A stretch of 64,000 nt of DNA from Octopus vulgaris (GCA_951406725.2 OX597818.1:121396001-121460000); one strand, 5' to 3'; shown: positions 1 through 12,785, numbered from the stretch's first letter. Translations and numbers: made by a program. The notes: generated from the sequence alone by a model not told the origin.

Positions 1-25
1 TAATAATAATAATAATAATAATAAT

Positions 26-172
26 ATCGAAAAATATTTAGGAATGAGAACCCAGGTTCGAAATTTCTCCAAGACACCTAATGAAGGCTGGAAGGTATAT
101 CAGCCGAAACGTTGTGATAACAACAAACAAGATGAAGACAAATATCCGTCAATAGTAAATAATGTAAATAAT
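26..172 (+). mobile_element. Short Penelope-like terminal fragment with a degenerate minimal hammerhead motif (75-116), next to (TAA)n
   Basis: CAC-CTAATGA-A-GGCTG(10 nt)CAGCC-GAAAC-GTT-GTG: hammerhead core order with stems I and II. The core has G5>A. Confidence 0.55.
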
Positions 173-221
173 GGACAGAGTAGTAGTTATTTATTAAAAC
201 GTATGAAACAAGGGCTAGCTA

Positions 222-290
222 AGAGTCTGAAAACAAGCATGAACGTTTAGGACAAACTTATAAAACTGCTTTGAACAGGCAAAGGGTTAA
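222..290. mobile_element. piggyBac-like MITE end (AGGG|TTAA)
   Basis: About 65 bp shared with 23560-23622, both ending GGG-TTAA. Confidence 0.45.
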
Positions 291-499
291 GAATTCTTTG
301 AAAAACCATAACGATAAATCACAAAACCGTTTTCCAAATTGTGTTTCTTGTATTATATGGGATTCATGCAACGGAAAATGTAAATTCTATTCTTCAATTA
401 TGATTTGAAAATGTTTCTACGCAATTTGGAACTCGAATCCCATACAACAAAATGTCTATGGATAGAAAAATATACCTGTAAAATATCTAAATTTTTATA

Positions 500-969
500 T
501 ATTTCTTTACTACCCACAAGGGGCTAAACATAGAGGGGACAAACAAGGACAAACAACTGGATTAAGTCGATTACATCGACCCAGTGCGAAACTGATACTT
601 TATTTATCGACCCCGAAAGGATGAAAGGCAAAGTCGACCTCGGCGGAATTTGAACTCAGAACGTAACGACAGACGAAATACTGCTAAGCACTTCGCCCGG
701 CGTGCTAGAGTTTCTGCCAGCTCACCGCCTTCAAATATGTTGTTTTATTACCTACAAGGGGCTAAACATAGAGGGGACAAACAAGGACAAACAAAGGGAT
801 TAAGTTGATTACATCGACCCAGTGCGAAACTGGTACTTTATTTATCGATCCCGAGAGGATGAAAGGCAAAGTCGACCCCGGCGGAATTTGAACTCAGAAC
901 GTAACGATAGACGAAATACCTCTAAGCATTTCGACCCGCGTGCTAACGATTCTACCAGCTCACCGCCTT
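500..969 (-). mobile_element. SINE-A: two headed copies in tandem (tRNA-derived, MetaSINE/MESC-like core)
   Basis: Minus strand has B-box GAGTTCAAATTCC and core GCCTTTCATCCTTTCGGGGTCGATAAA. TSD AAATATCTA(A/C)ATTTTTA at 481-497 and 970-986. Confidence 0.9.
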
Positions 970-1948
970 AAATATCTACATTTTTAGAGCTTTGTTCTAG
1001 AGATTATATTTTACCATTTGCAAAATATATATTTGTGTGTATGTATGTTGACGTTGAAAATCATCAATACATATAGAACTATACTTTTAATATATTTAGT
1101 TCATATGCGCTATGTGCATGATTGTGTATGATTGTGCGTATGTAATTGTGTGAGAGAAATCCTTCTTATAAAACTGAGTAAACAATATTTCACTGAAAAA
1201 AAAAGCATGAAAAGAAATCAGTTTCCAAGTAGGTAAAAAAATTGGTAACTTTCTTTGGTTACATTTTTAAAGGAAGTTGAAGTGAACGTTGCCTGAAGGT
1301 AAAGAAAAGAGAGCGAGAAGGGATGAGAGTTAGAGAGAAAGTGTAGAAGTAGGGTTGGAGTCGACTTACTGGAAATTGACAATTGGAAGAGAATAATTAG
1401 AAATATTGAAAAGACAACTAAAACACACCAAAATGATCGGATAATCAAAACATAACGGCGAAATATGATTTAACGTCTTATTGCTAATTGGCTTATCCCA
1501 TCTCCCAAATAATAAGTCACAATTAATGACGCAGGCACATCATCTGGAATTGTTCATAATCATAATGACTTAAACATAAGAACTAGAAGTAGTCAGATAA
1601 AGAGGAAATTCAATGGAATGGCGCGTGTGTGTGTGTGTGTGTGTGCGTGTGTGCGCGCCTGCGGCATCTTCTGAAGTGATCGTCTGCTAGTTTTTCATCC
1701 ACTTATTTTAATTTAATACTGTCTTTATCCACTTGGTGTTCCCATCCACTACCGCCATCAGCTTCTTCGTTTGACTAATGTTAAAGATTTTGCTGGAATA
1801 AAAACGGAAATAGTTTTCAATGAAAATGAGGTTGTTTTGATCTGCCATTTAATGGCTATTATTGTAATTAATCTTTATTTATTCATATACAATAAAGACG
1901 CACACGCGTATATATACTTACATATTTGTATGTATATATATATATAAA

Positions 1949-3101
1949 CTAGCAGAGATACCCGGCGTTGCCTGTGTTACATACAATTGGAGAATTAGAC
2001 TTTCTGTTATATTTTCTCTAATGAACTGGAATATCTATGTTTCGAATTTCATCAAAATTGCAGATGAGGGTTATTTCCCTCTTTACACACCCAAAAAATT
2101 TGTAATCATGCCACATGTATCCCATACTACTGATTTTTATGCGCATATTCCAAAATCCCAGTCTTATTGAACCTGTTAAAAAGATTTTGCTCCTGAAAAA
2201 TGAAGGTCATGGAGCTCTAAAATGTGAGAGTTAAAGCCCTCTGTTGGGGGTGGGCATCTTAATGTAAATCAGAGAAGTTGAATTGTTGAGAATCTTTTTA
2301 ACTTGGGTCTTATATCTATTGTTTGAATTTCTTTGAAATAGGAAATATATGTTCACTGGGTTTGTAAAAGAGAGCAAAGCTACAGGAAACCAAAAGACGA
2401 ATGATCACAATAAGCAGTCAGTTACCCTACCCTAGTCGTTACCACTCCCAATATAGGATTCCTCACTATCCAGGTGACATGCGCAGCCGTAAGATGCGTT
2501 ACGAATCTATAGCAATTGGAAGGGCGTAACCCAACTGAAATAAACATTAACAACTGTGTGACGTGAGGGCTAAGGAGAAATGAAAGTGTCACCTCTGGAG
2601 TTTGCAAATGACCAGTATACTGATACGTAACTGGACAGAATAAATTTGCAATCTATAAATGTCTTTGAATAACCAGTCACTCATCTGGGAAGGCCTTGAA
2701 ATCAATGTTACCATCTGGGGACTATGTGGGAAAAACACAAAGACACACACATAGACTTACATATATAGATACATATACATACAATTGATTTCTTTCAGTT
2801 TCTGTCTACAAAATCCACTGACAAGGCTTTAGTTGGTCTGAGGCTATAGCATAAAGACACGTGCCAATTTACCACGCAGTGGGACTGAACTGAAAACTAT
2901 GTTTTGGAACCAAGTTTGTTACCACACAGCCACACCTGCACCTATGTATGTGTATGTGTGTGTGCGTGTGTGTAATATGTATACATATTACACTACATGG
3001 ACCCTAAGTAAGGCATGTGTAAAATTTGAATAAAATTGGTTGTGTAGTTCTCAAGTTTTAGGGATTCACACAGACAGACAACAAACAGACACACATTCTC
3101 A

Positions 3102-3112
<11 letters not shown>
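1949..3112 (-). mobile_element. Non-autonomous Helitron-like element with a nested SINE-B fragment
   Basis: Minus 3' end GGCAACGCCGGGTATCTCTG-CTAG|T resembles the 58028-58418 end. 5' end ATATATAAAACTGAGAATG is shared with 4335-4437. Confidence 0.65.
2788..2943 (-). mobile_element. SINE-B 5' half
   Basis: Diverged match to the head of 8337-8766. Confidence 0.75.
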
Positions 3113-3138
<26 letters not shown>

Positions 3139-3169
3139 GCACACACACATATACATATGCGTATGAGTG

Positions 3170-3380
3170 TGTGTGTCTACCTGTCCCACCCCCTCACTAC
3201 TTCACAGGCAAGATGAGCAGTATTAGTTTGTTTACCTCCCCAAAATTTAGCAGTTTGGATACAGAGACAATAGAATAGGTACCAGGCTTTAAAAACAAGT
3301 GTTAGAATTAATTTGTTCAACTGAAACCCTTCAAGGAGATGCTCCAACATGGCCGCAGTCTAACGACTAGAACAAGTAAA
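3170..3380 (+). mobile_element. SINE-B 3' half, diverged
   Basis: Ends GCTCCAACATGGCCGCAGTC...AACAAGTAAA, like other SINE-B copies. Confidence 0.6.
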
Positions 3381-3456
3381 TGGTAAAAAATATAATAAAT
3401 AATAATACTGTGTTTTGAATGGCACAAAAATGCACCATAATAATAACAATGCGTGC

Positions 3457-4200
3457 GTCAGCCAGCAAGCCATGCCCAGGACCAGCCAGGTATCCAAACC
3501 CAGCCAGCCAGCCTAGGCCAGTTTCCAGCCAGCAAGGTATCCAAAATCGGGCCAGGCAGCCAGTCAAGGCCAGACCAGCCAGCAAGCCAAGGCCGGGCCA
3601 GCCAGGCAGCCAAGAACCGACCAGCCAGCCAGCCAGCCTACACCAGTTTCCAGCCAGAAAACCAAACCCAGGATCAGCCAGGTATCCAAAACCGGGCCAG
3701 CCAGCCAGCCTAGGCCAGTTTCCAGCAAGCAAGCCAAGGCCGAGCCAGCCAGGTATCCAAAACCGGGGCAGTCAGCAAGCCAAGGCTAGGCCAGCCAGCA
3801 AGCCGAGGCCGTGCCAGCCAGGCAGCCAAGAACCGGTCAGCCAGCCAGCCAGCCAGCCTAGGCAAGTTTCTAGTCAAAAAGCCAAGTGCAGGACCAGACA
3901 GGTATCCAAAACCGGGCCAGCCAGCCAAGTCCAGGACCAGCCAGGAATCCACAACTGGGCCAGCGAGCCAGCCAACCTAGGGCGGTTTCCAGCCAGCCAG
4001 CCTAGGCCAGGCCAGCAAGCAAGCCAAGGCCGGGCCAGCCAGGCAGCCAAGACCTGGTCAGCTAACAAGCCAAGTCCAAGACCAGCCAGGTATCCAAAAC
4101 CAGGCCAGCCAGCCAGCCTAGGCCAGTTTCCAGCCAGCAAGCCAAGGCCGGGCCAGCCAGGTATCCAAACCCGGCCAGCCAGCCAGCCAAGTCCAGGCCA
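3457..4200. repeat. GC-rich, T-poor complex minisatellite built from (CCAG)n, roughly 70-75-bp modules
   Basis: Recurrent CCAGCCAGGTATCCAAAACC, CCAGCCTAGGCCAGTTTCC and CAAGCCAAGGCCGGGCC blocks. Confidence 0.9.
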
Positions 4201-4334
4201 TCCATATACATTCAATAGAGAGATGCTTTTGTTTCACTTTTAACACGTGATACTGAAATAGTGAAGATGTGATATTGCTGTGGGCTCGCCCTAGGCAAGA
4301 AGTTAAAAAATTTTTGTCCATGAAACTCCCCGGA

Positions 4335-4437
4335 CCCTAAGTAAGGCAGGTGTACAATTTGAATGAAATTTGTTGTGTAGTTCTCAAGCTTTAGGGATTC
4401 ACACAGACAGACAGACATTCTCAGTTTTATATATATA
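4335..4437 (-). mobile_element. Second copy of the Helitron-like 5' terminus
   Basis: Near-identical to 3001-3110 (CCCTAAGTAAGGCA...GGGATTCACACAGACAGAC...ATTCTCAGTTTTATATA). Confidence 0.7.
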
Positions 4438-4468
4438 ATAAATATACATATTAGAGGGAAACCACTAT

Positions 4469-4620
4469 GTGGACACCCTTATGCTAGAAATAGATCCGCT
4501 ATGGTCTTACCACTAAGAAATATTCTCGAGAAAAATTTAGCAAAACAACCAAAATGTTCTTGAGAACATTTCTTAGTGGTAACACCATGGCGGATCTATT
4601 CCTAGCATAAGGGTGTCCGC
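4469..4620. repeat. Foldback palindrome (about 65-bp arms) inside a TA-flanked element
   Basis: GGACACCCTTATGCTAGAAATAGATCCGC... pairs with ...GCGGATCTATTCCTAGCATAAGGGTGTCC. Confidence 0.9.
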
Positions 4621-4705
4621 TACAATTTAACTGAACCTTCAGTTTTTTTATATGCTAGACCACTGGTGTGAAATCGATGTTAATTAAATTAATATATATA
4701 TATAT

Positions 4706-5092
4706 ACGTGGTTGTGTGGTAAGTAGGTTGCTTACTAACCATATGGTTCCGGGTTCAGTCTCATTGTGTTGCATCTTGGGCAAATGTCTTCTGCTAAAGC
4801 CTCGGGCCGATCAAAGCCTTGTGATTGGATTTGTAAACGGAAACTGAAAGAAGCCCGTCGTATATATGTATATATATGTGTGTGTGTATGTTTGTGTGTC
4901 TGTGTTTGTCCCGCTAGCATCGCTTGACAACCGATATTGGTGTGTTTACGTCCCCGTAACTTAGCGTTCGGTAAAAGAGACCTATAGAATAAGTACTAGG
5001 ATTACAGAGAATAATCCCGGGGTTGATTTGTTCGACTAAAGACGGTGCTCCAGCATGGCCGAAGTCAAATGACCGCAGCAAATAAAAGAATA
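4706..5092 (+). mobile_element. SINE-B (tRNA-derived, internal TA/TG microsatellite)
   Basis: tRNA-like head with GGGTTCAGTC B-box variant, CORE-like CTTGGGCAA motif and the conserved 3' tail. Confidence 0.9.
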
Positions 5093-5889
5093 ATTCACAG
5101 ACGTGCAAGTTTGTATTACCTTTCAGATTCATAAGCGTCATCACTTAAATGTATTCTCTCATATACGTGTATACTTTGATTTTCAAATTTATACCTATAT
5201 TTTTGCTATTATCTAGGTCTCAAATCTACCTTGTTTCAGTAAGCATATGATCAAAAGTGTTCCAGCCTTAACAGCCCAGTCTTTGTTTAAGACAGCATGA
5301 ATCTAATGCTAAATTATCCAATGCAGTTGTAATCTTTTCCGAGGCGGTGGAATGTGATTAAAGGGAAATTTGTTTGTTATTTCTTGTAAGGAAAGCAGCC
5401 ACATACCGCTCAATGCAACCGAAACTCAAGACGTAGGGGCTAAAGAGACAATTGCGAATTGTAACAATCACATTCAACGAATTTAATTATTGAACACAGT
5501 TGACTAAATTTTTAAACATTTTTTAAAAAAGATTACCGCAAAGTTTATCCATCAAGATTTAACGAAGAAGATGTTGCATCAATTTTCAACTAATATATTC
5601 TTTTCAGTGAGTGTCTGATCCCTTCATAAGTTTCGAAGCAGAATCACTGAAAGGAGGTCAGGCTACTTGTATGGTGCGCCATCGCGTGCTTACACATGTA
5701 GCAACATTGACGAAACTTCCATGTGATTGTTCACGAAATCTGCCCCAAACACCAGAAAGCCCTGCAAAATAGGAATAAAAGAAAAAATGAAATATTGATC
5801 AAAGCATAGGCACAGGCATAGCTGTGTGGTAAGCAGTTTGTTTCTGAACCACAGTCACGCATAAGTTTCTAAAATGGATAAAGAAATTC

Positions 5890-6474
5890 GGATCTTTACC
5901 TTTTGACCTACAGATTTAAAAACTAATTTTTTGTGACTAAACACTTTCAAACTTCGGACACTGATAGAATGTGTCATATAAAACATCTTTTACTCTTAGC
6001 GTTTTTGAGAAAAACTTATATTTATGTAGTCATTTCACGTTAAAGTTCTCGTATTTCGGTAATTTCAAGCAACCTACATGTATTCAGCAGAATAAAATTA
6101 CTGCGGTGTATATTTCGTTTGTCACTGTTATTTATGACAACCATAACCCTAAAACCCTAACCCTAAAACGTTAAAACCAGTACAAATGCACGAACGATGT
6201 CATAAATAACAGTGGCAAATGAAAAATACACTGCCGATAGTTGTTGACAAACAACGGCAATAAGTTTATTCAGCTGCATACACGTCATTGATTGGTTGAA
6301 ATTACCGAAATACGAGAACTTTAACGTGAAATAACTTCGTAAATATAAGTTTTTCTCAAAAATGCTAAGAGTAAAAGATGTTTTATATGACACATTCTAC
6401 CAGTGTCCGAAATTTGAAAGTGTTTAGTTACAAAAGATTATTTTTTAAATCTGTAGGTCAAAAGGTAAAGATCC
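5890..6474. mobile_element. Long-TIR MITE with 8-bp TSD (Merlin/Mutator-like) and telomere-like centre
   Basis: About 250-bp TIRs starting GGATCTTTACC. TSD AGAAATTC at 5882-5889 and 6475-6482. Centre AACCCTAAAACCCTAACCCTAA. Confidence 0.9.
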
Positions 6475-6618
6475 AGAAATTCGAAAGATTGCTTTGGTCC
6501 AATGGCAGAATGTCTCTCATGTTTACAGAAGATGTGGGTCCCATGGGGAACCTTTGACATTTTTTTTATATAAAGGCTTTTGTAACCTAATACTTGCGCG
6601 TCATTGTTTCTAGCTTTG

Positions 6619-6836
6619 AAGGTGACGAGCTGGCAGAATCGCTAGCATGCTGGAAGAAATGCTTAGTGATATTTCGCCCGTCGCTATGTTCTAAGTTCAA
6701 ATTACGCCAAGGTCGAGTTTGCCTTTCATCCCTTCAGGGTCGATAAATTAAGTACCAGTGAAACATTGGGATCGATCTAATCAACTAGTCTCCTCCCCCA
6801 CATTTCAGGCCTTGTGTCTATAGTAGAAAGGATTAT
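6619..6836 (+). mobile_element. SINE-A with alternative tail 2
   Basis: Same head and core, tail CTCCCCCACATTTCAGGCCTTGTG...TAGAAAGGATTATT. Confidence 0.85.
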
Positions 6837-7182
6837 TTATAGCTTTGTATGCTTCGAGATCCACCGTCAAATTATATATGTAATAATATATAAATATTAA
6901 AAACAAAACTAAGGAAGGTCAAAATCACGAGATCTAATGGTCTCGGCTCTGGAAATGGCGGGGATTTACCTCCCCGCCTGCGATATAAACAAAAGCGCAT
7001 TTTGCGCCAAAAGACCATGTGAGAGTTTCTCTCGTGGTAACTACCGCAGTATAGTTTGTTCTAACAGAACATTCACGTTTAAGTGGAGACAAATAGATTT
7101 AATATCTAAATATAAAATAAAATAAAAAAATCTAAATATAACTATAGTCTCTAAATATAGCTCCTTTCACTTCAATCATTCT

Positions 7183-7287
7183 GTCTCTCTTTCTCTCTCT
7201 CTCTCTCGCTCCCCCCCCACACACACATTCACACTCACATACACACTCACATACACACACACACACACACATACACACACACACACA
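7183..7287. repeat. (TC)n/(CA)n compound microsatellite
   Basis: Direct reading. Confidence 0.95.
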
Positions 7288-7604
7288 GGGTCTCACTTTC
7301 GCTCGCTTTCTCTGTTGGTATCTATCCCAATCTAAATGAAGCTATTTACAATGTATCAGATTCTCACAAAAGGTTATCTATCTAACCCACAAAATATTTT
7401 AGAGACTCGGCAAAAACAATATTACTCTGGAATAGTGAATCATTCGACGGTATATGGATTAAGACCTTCTTAGTTTAGTGGTTCTCGGTCTGACATACAA
7501 CAGACTCCAAGTCTCAATAACCTAAATAAATGTGTACAGATTTCTGGCCCTCCCCTCTTATTATTAACTGTTTTCTATTTTAGATTAAGAGAGAGACCGA
7601 TACC

Positions 7605-8021
7605 TATTTCTTTACTACCTACAAGGGGCTAAACACAGAGAGGACAAAGAAGGACAGACAAACGGATTAAGTCGATTATATCGCCCCCATTGCGTAACTG
7701 GTAGTTATTTAATCGACCCCGAAAGGATGAAAGGCGAAGTCGACCTCGGCTGAATTTGAACACAGAACGTAGCGGCAGACGAAATACCTATTTCTTTACT
7801 ACCCAGAAGGGGCTAAACAAAGAGAGGACAAACAAGGACAGACACACGGATTAAGTCGATTATATCGACCCCAGTGCGTAACTGGTACTTTTTTAATCGA
7901 CCCCGAAAGGACGAAAGGCAAAGTCGACCTCGGCAGAATTTGAACTCAGAACGTAGCAGCAGACGAAATATCGCACAGCACTTCGCCCAGTGTGCTAACT
8001 TTTCTGCCAGCTTGCCGCCTT
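7605..8021 (-). mobile_element. SINE-A dimer (one headed unit plus one head-less 184-bp unit)
   Basis: Junction GAAATACC|TATTTC at 7788/7789. TSD GAGAG(A/G)CCGATACC at 7591-7604 and 8022-8035. Confidence 0.92.
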
Positions 8022-8336
8022 GAGAGGCCGATACCATTGACCACAGTACTAGTCTGGTACTTTATTTTATCGAGCCCGGTCATCTGAGAGGTAAAGTTAA
8101 CCTCTCCGGAATTTTAACTCAGAACGCAAAGAGCCGGGAGAAATACCGCAATGAATTTTTCTGACGTTCTTGCGCGCCATCCTCTCTCTCTCTCCTTCAC
8201 CATCTCCCTCTCTGTCTCTTCTCATAATGACAAGTCAAAAATTGGCATTCCTATAACATTTGCCCATGGTTTTGAATATAAAATGTTTAAAACAACCCCA
8301 ATTTTATAAAACAGCGCAAAACATCTGCTCCCTCCA

Positions 8337-8503
8337 CAGGCATAGGAGTGGCTTTGTGGTAAGTAGCTTGCTTACCAACCACATGGTTCCAGGTTCAGTC
8401 CTACTGCGTGGCACCTTGGGCAAGTGTCTTCTACTATAGCCTCGGGTAGACCAAAGCCCTGTGAGTGGATTTTGCTGACGGAAACTGAAAGAAGCCCGTC
8501 GTA

Positions 8504-8560
<57 letters not shown>

Positions 8561-8766
8561 CTGGCTGTCCCTCCAACGACGCTTGACAACCGTTGGTGGT
8601 GTGTTTACGTCACCATAACTTAGCGGTTCGGCAAAAGGGACCGATAGAATAAGTACTACGCTTACAAAGAATAAATCCTGGGGTCGAGTTGCTCGACTAA
8701 AAGGCGGTGCTCCAGCATGGCCACAGTCAAGTGACTTAAACAAGTAAAAGAGTAAAGAGTAAAGAG
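8337..8766 (+). mobile_element. SINE-B, full length
   Basis: Head GGCATAGGAGTGGCTTTGTGGTAAG, internal (TA)(TG) repeat, tail (AAAGAGT)n. Confidence 0.92.
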
Positions 8767-9528
8767 TGTCCACACAACCATCAGAAATATTGTCCTAGTT
8801 AACACTAGGACATATATATATTTCATCCACGTATCAGCTTCATGGATTGACACTTTCTTATGGCATGCATTCTCTCAAATCTCATATATTGCAAGATCTT
8901 GTTATGAATCCTACATTCTTCCGTTCATACATTTGCAAGGAATCTACCGTAAATTTCGTGCGCATGTGTATGCGTTTTTGTGTTTCCTCTTCCCACTCTC
9001 TCTCTAAACAGCAATTTGCTTAATAACTTCCGCAGCTGATGAGACACTAACGGACAGCAGCGGCCAGCTGTTACATGGTCATTGTATATTTCTATGACTT
9101 TTGTTGTAGAGCTACGTTTTTTTTTAATTAGGTTCTGACAAGGTTCTACAGATCTGTTAGTAAATAAGGAGACAATAAAAGCGAGTAACACTTGTGTTAT
9201 GGGACAAAATAGAAGGAAAACAGATGCATTTGTGAAAGGAGTGTGTTCATTTCTGACGTTGCCGTATGTGTTTCGAGGTGTCTGTATACGTGCATTTGTT
9301 ATAAATTATACAAAGTACTTAGCTCTTGATGCCTTATATAAGTTACATTTGTAATAACAATGCACAAGGATATATATAGTAGGAATGAGCAATCTGTGGG
9401 AGCAGGTCAGAACCAACAAAGACTACGTCTTAACATAAAATTCTTCATCATTTCACTGCCACGGTGTCGTGTCCACAGCAACAACTCAACATAACTTACC
9501 CATCGCTAATTACACAACATCAACAACA

Positions 9529-9995
9529 GTGGAGGCGCAATGGCCCAGTGGTTAGGGCAGCGGACTCGCGATCGGAGGATCGCGGTTTCGATTCCCAGAC
9601 CGGGCGTTGTGTGTGTTTATTGAGCGAAAACACCTAAAGCTCCACGAAGCTCCGGCAGGGGGTGGTGGTGAACCCTGTTATACTCTTTCGCTCCAACTTT
9701 CTCTCACTCTTTCTTCCTGTTTCTAGTCCCCGACTTCCTACGCAACCGCTGAGCCTGGATGCGCGTTCATCCATCTGTCGATGCTCTCGGTGTCGGAAGT
9801 TGACCTGCTTTCTCTTCTGCGAGTCTTACGAATAGCAAAGGACCACGTTTTGGCCTTCTCCCACTACATAGGCGCGATCTTGCGAGCTCTGGGACGATGA
9901 CCGCTTTGCTCAACGTTTGAACTTGAAATAGAAGACTGTCGCTCAAATAGTCTTCTGTCAATGGAGACGTTCTGAGAAGCTCCTGGCTGACTGAC
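9529..9995 (+). mobile_element. SINE-C head with tail type 2
   Basis: A-box TGGCCCAGTGG and B-box-like GGTTTCGATTCCC. Tail shared with 60166-60530. Confidence 0.85.
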
Positions 9996-10099
9996 TATGA
10001 GCTCCGTTCGTTCATAGATATAATTTCAGTGAAAATATTGCATAATATGTACACACAGGAGACGTTTGATAAATTTAGCTGCTGTTTCTTGTCGGTCAA

Positions 10100-10521
10100 G
10101 TGATTACAAAGGTTAATAAAATTATTAACCATCTTACAAACAATAACTCTGAGCACCTTTTCAAACTCCACCTGTCTAATACCCGTGGACATGTTTACAA
10201 AGTCAGAAGACAGCACAGTTCCCATGGCTTTCGGAAGCATTTTTTCACGCTAAGAGTTGCTGAAGCATGGAACAAACTGCCGGCATCAGTTGTTAGTTGT
10301 CGGAGCACTGCATCCTTCAAAACTTCCATGCTTTCTGAGATTCGCCAACACTACACCTGATTTCCTCCCCTCCATACACACACAAGCATGTATCTGACTC
10401 ATACACTGTTCGCTTTCCAGACATTTGTACATTACTGCATACACTTTATACGCACTTTTGACAAGTTGTGGTGCACCTGAGCACTGTATGCAATAATTTC
10501 ATTATTTCATTATTTATTATT
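10100..10521 (+). mobile_element. CR1-clade LINE 3' end (ORF2 C-terminus, 3' UTR, ATT-rich tail)
   Basis: TRGH...RKHFFTLRVAEAWNKLPASVV...FK matches the CR1 ORF2 C-terminal motif. Confidence 0.85.
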
Positions 10522-10789
10522 ACAAAGAGGTTCGCTCATTGGATAAAGGTTGTTGTTGTTGTTGTTGTTGTTGTTTATCCTCCACCATCAACTCTGATAG
10601 AGCAGATCAATAACGATTATATTTTGTTTTGATCCAGCATTCGACTCACAACATATTTTGATTTGGAGATGACGTCATGTATCTTGACCCATACTATCCA
10701 ACATAATTAGGAGATTTGGCTGTTATTTCTAGCAGGTTGTACGATCACTCAGAAACACCTCCCGTTATATATACATACACACACACACG

Positions 10790-10856
<67 letters not shown>

Positions 10857-10867
10857 TAAGTACCTTG

Positions 10868-11200
10868 TTTACCAACCACATGTTTCCGGGTTCAGTCCCA
10901 CTGCGTGGCACCTTGGGTAAGTGTCTTCTACTATAGCCTCGGGCCGACCAAAGCTTTGTGAGTCGATTTAGTTGACGGAAACTGAAAGAAGCCCGTCGTA
11001 TATATATATGTTTGTGTGTTTGTATGCCTAACATCGCTTCACAACTGATGCTGGTGTGTTTACTTCCCCGTAACTTAGCGGTTCGGCAAGAGAGACCGAT
11101 GGAATAAGTACTAGGCTTACAAGGAATAAGTCCTGGGGGTCGATTTGCTCGACTAAAGGCGGCGCTCCAGCATGGCCGCAGTCAAATAACTGAAAAGAAA
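10868..11200 (+). mobile_element. SINE-B, 5'-truncated
   Basis: Match to 8337-8766. Confidence 0.9.
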
Positions 11201-11366
11201 TAAAAGAAAAGAAAAGGAAAAGAAATTAAGCATAAAACAATTGTGCGCATTTTGAGGTACAGAATGTAAACTGTGATCGCTAACTTTTTGTTATGTCGAG
11301 TCTTTATGAGTACAGGTATATATCTGTGCGTACAAAGCAAGACTAGGTGATATGGTTGCTTTTGTC

Positions 11367-11401
<35 letters not shown>

Positions 11402-12079
11402 CACACACAAACATATATATGTATATGTATATGTATGTGTGTGTGTGTGTATCTTCGATGTGTGTGTGGTTATCTAAGGTTGCGTGGTGCGCTACCCTAC
11501 AAAGAGATGTAGGTCAAATATATTTTATGACCGGATATGTCATAAAGAATAAAGCCGGTGAAACGACTATAGTGTCTCCTTTAATAATCATGTACCGGTA
11601 GACAGAGAGTCTGTCGAATGTCAACTCACACCTATATAGAACAAACAGTAGCAACGAACTACACCAGCAATAAACCCTCTAGAACAAAACTATCAACAAC
11701 AACAATAGCAACATCGTCGGCCATAAAGGACTGATAATAGCAAGAACAACAATAATAATACAATAAAATAAAGTAAAAATAATTTTTGCTTCGTTAGCAA
11801 GAAAGTAGATAATAGTTGCTGTTGTGAGTTCCTCTCGCTTCAGCTTCAACGTTAACAGACGAACTATCAACAGCTGAGCCCTGTTTGTATGTCCTTATGA
11901 GATGAATAGGCTGAGGCTAACTTGCGGAGAAGTACAAGGGTGGGGAATTTCCTATAGCTTTTCACAACACAACAGACCTCAACCTTGCTTTGGTGAATGC
12001 TCTAAAATATATCATCTACCTCAGTTGTGGAAGATCAATTTATATCCCAGATATCTCTCAATTGGCAATAATTTTAATT

Positions 12080-12230
12080 CTTTACTCTTTTACCCTTTTA
12101 CTTGTTTCATGCTGGAGCACCGCATTTAGTCGAGCAAATCGACCCCAAGACTTATTCTTTGTAAGCCTAGTACTTATTCTAGCGGTCGCTTTTGCCGAAC
12201 CGCTAAGTTACGGGGACGTAAACACACCAG
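12080..12230 (-). mobile_element. SINE-B 3' part
   Basis: Reverse-complement match to the SINE-B tail. Confidence 0.85.
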
Positions 12231-12289
12231 CTTTTTCTGTCTTCGCAAGCCGGTCTTCAAAATGCGTCCTAATGAATTTTTCAACCGTC

Positions 12290-12785
12290 TAGGCTTAAAA
12301 AAGCCCTTATTGTTGGTTTCCTTGTCCTGTCTTTTACTGTTTTTATCTTTATTTGTACTGTTTTTTTCTTTATTTGTATTGCTTTTGCGTCCTGTTCTTG
12401 TCACCTCTTTTTACCCCTCCGCAAAAATTTTTTATTTAATTCATTTGCGGGAAGGATTGTTTCAACGTATTCGTGTTCTGCCCTTACCTTCGAAAGACGC
12501 AATGAGTCGAAACAGGGGCAGCTGAAGAAGGGGAATGTTCCCTCTGTTGTTTGTCTTGTACTCTGTTTTTTCGTTGTTAAAAAAGTCCGTTTCCTTGTTT
12601 TGTTTTTATGTTTTCGTTTCTCGTTGTGTTCTACGTTTATTTGTGGTGTCCTGTACTCATATATGCATGTATATATACATATAGATGTAGGTATGTACAT
12701 ATATGTATGTATGTATGCATATGTTTTATTTATTAAATTGTTATTATATGATCGAACGCACACGTCGTTGTCTTCTTCTTCCAAG
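12290..12785 (+). mobile_element. Dispersed repeat family E (TA-associated, possibly Penelope-derived)
   Basis: Homologous to 35990-36450(-), 39455-39690(+) and 50105-50420(-). All share CTGAAGAAGG; most have an upstream CCTTCGAAA. Confidence 0.7.

Noticed and set aside
3419-4243. 274-aa P/Q/A/S-rich ORF
   Set aside because: It arises from a T-poor minisatellite that lacks stops in several frames, and unit lengths do not preserve frame.
6146-6166. Interstitial telomere
   Set aside because: Only about three imperfect units, forming the spacer of a MITE.
9529-9605. tRNA gene candidates at SINE heads (also the weak remnant at about 61295-61340)
   Set aside because: A/B boxes are present but I could not fold a complete cloverleaf. 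The main examples continue into multi-copy SINE bodies.
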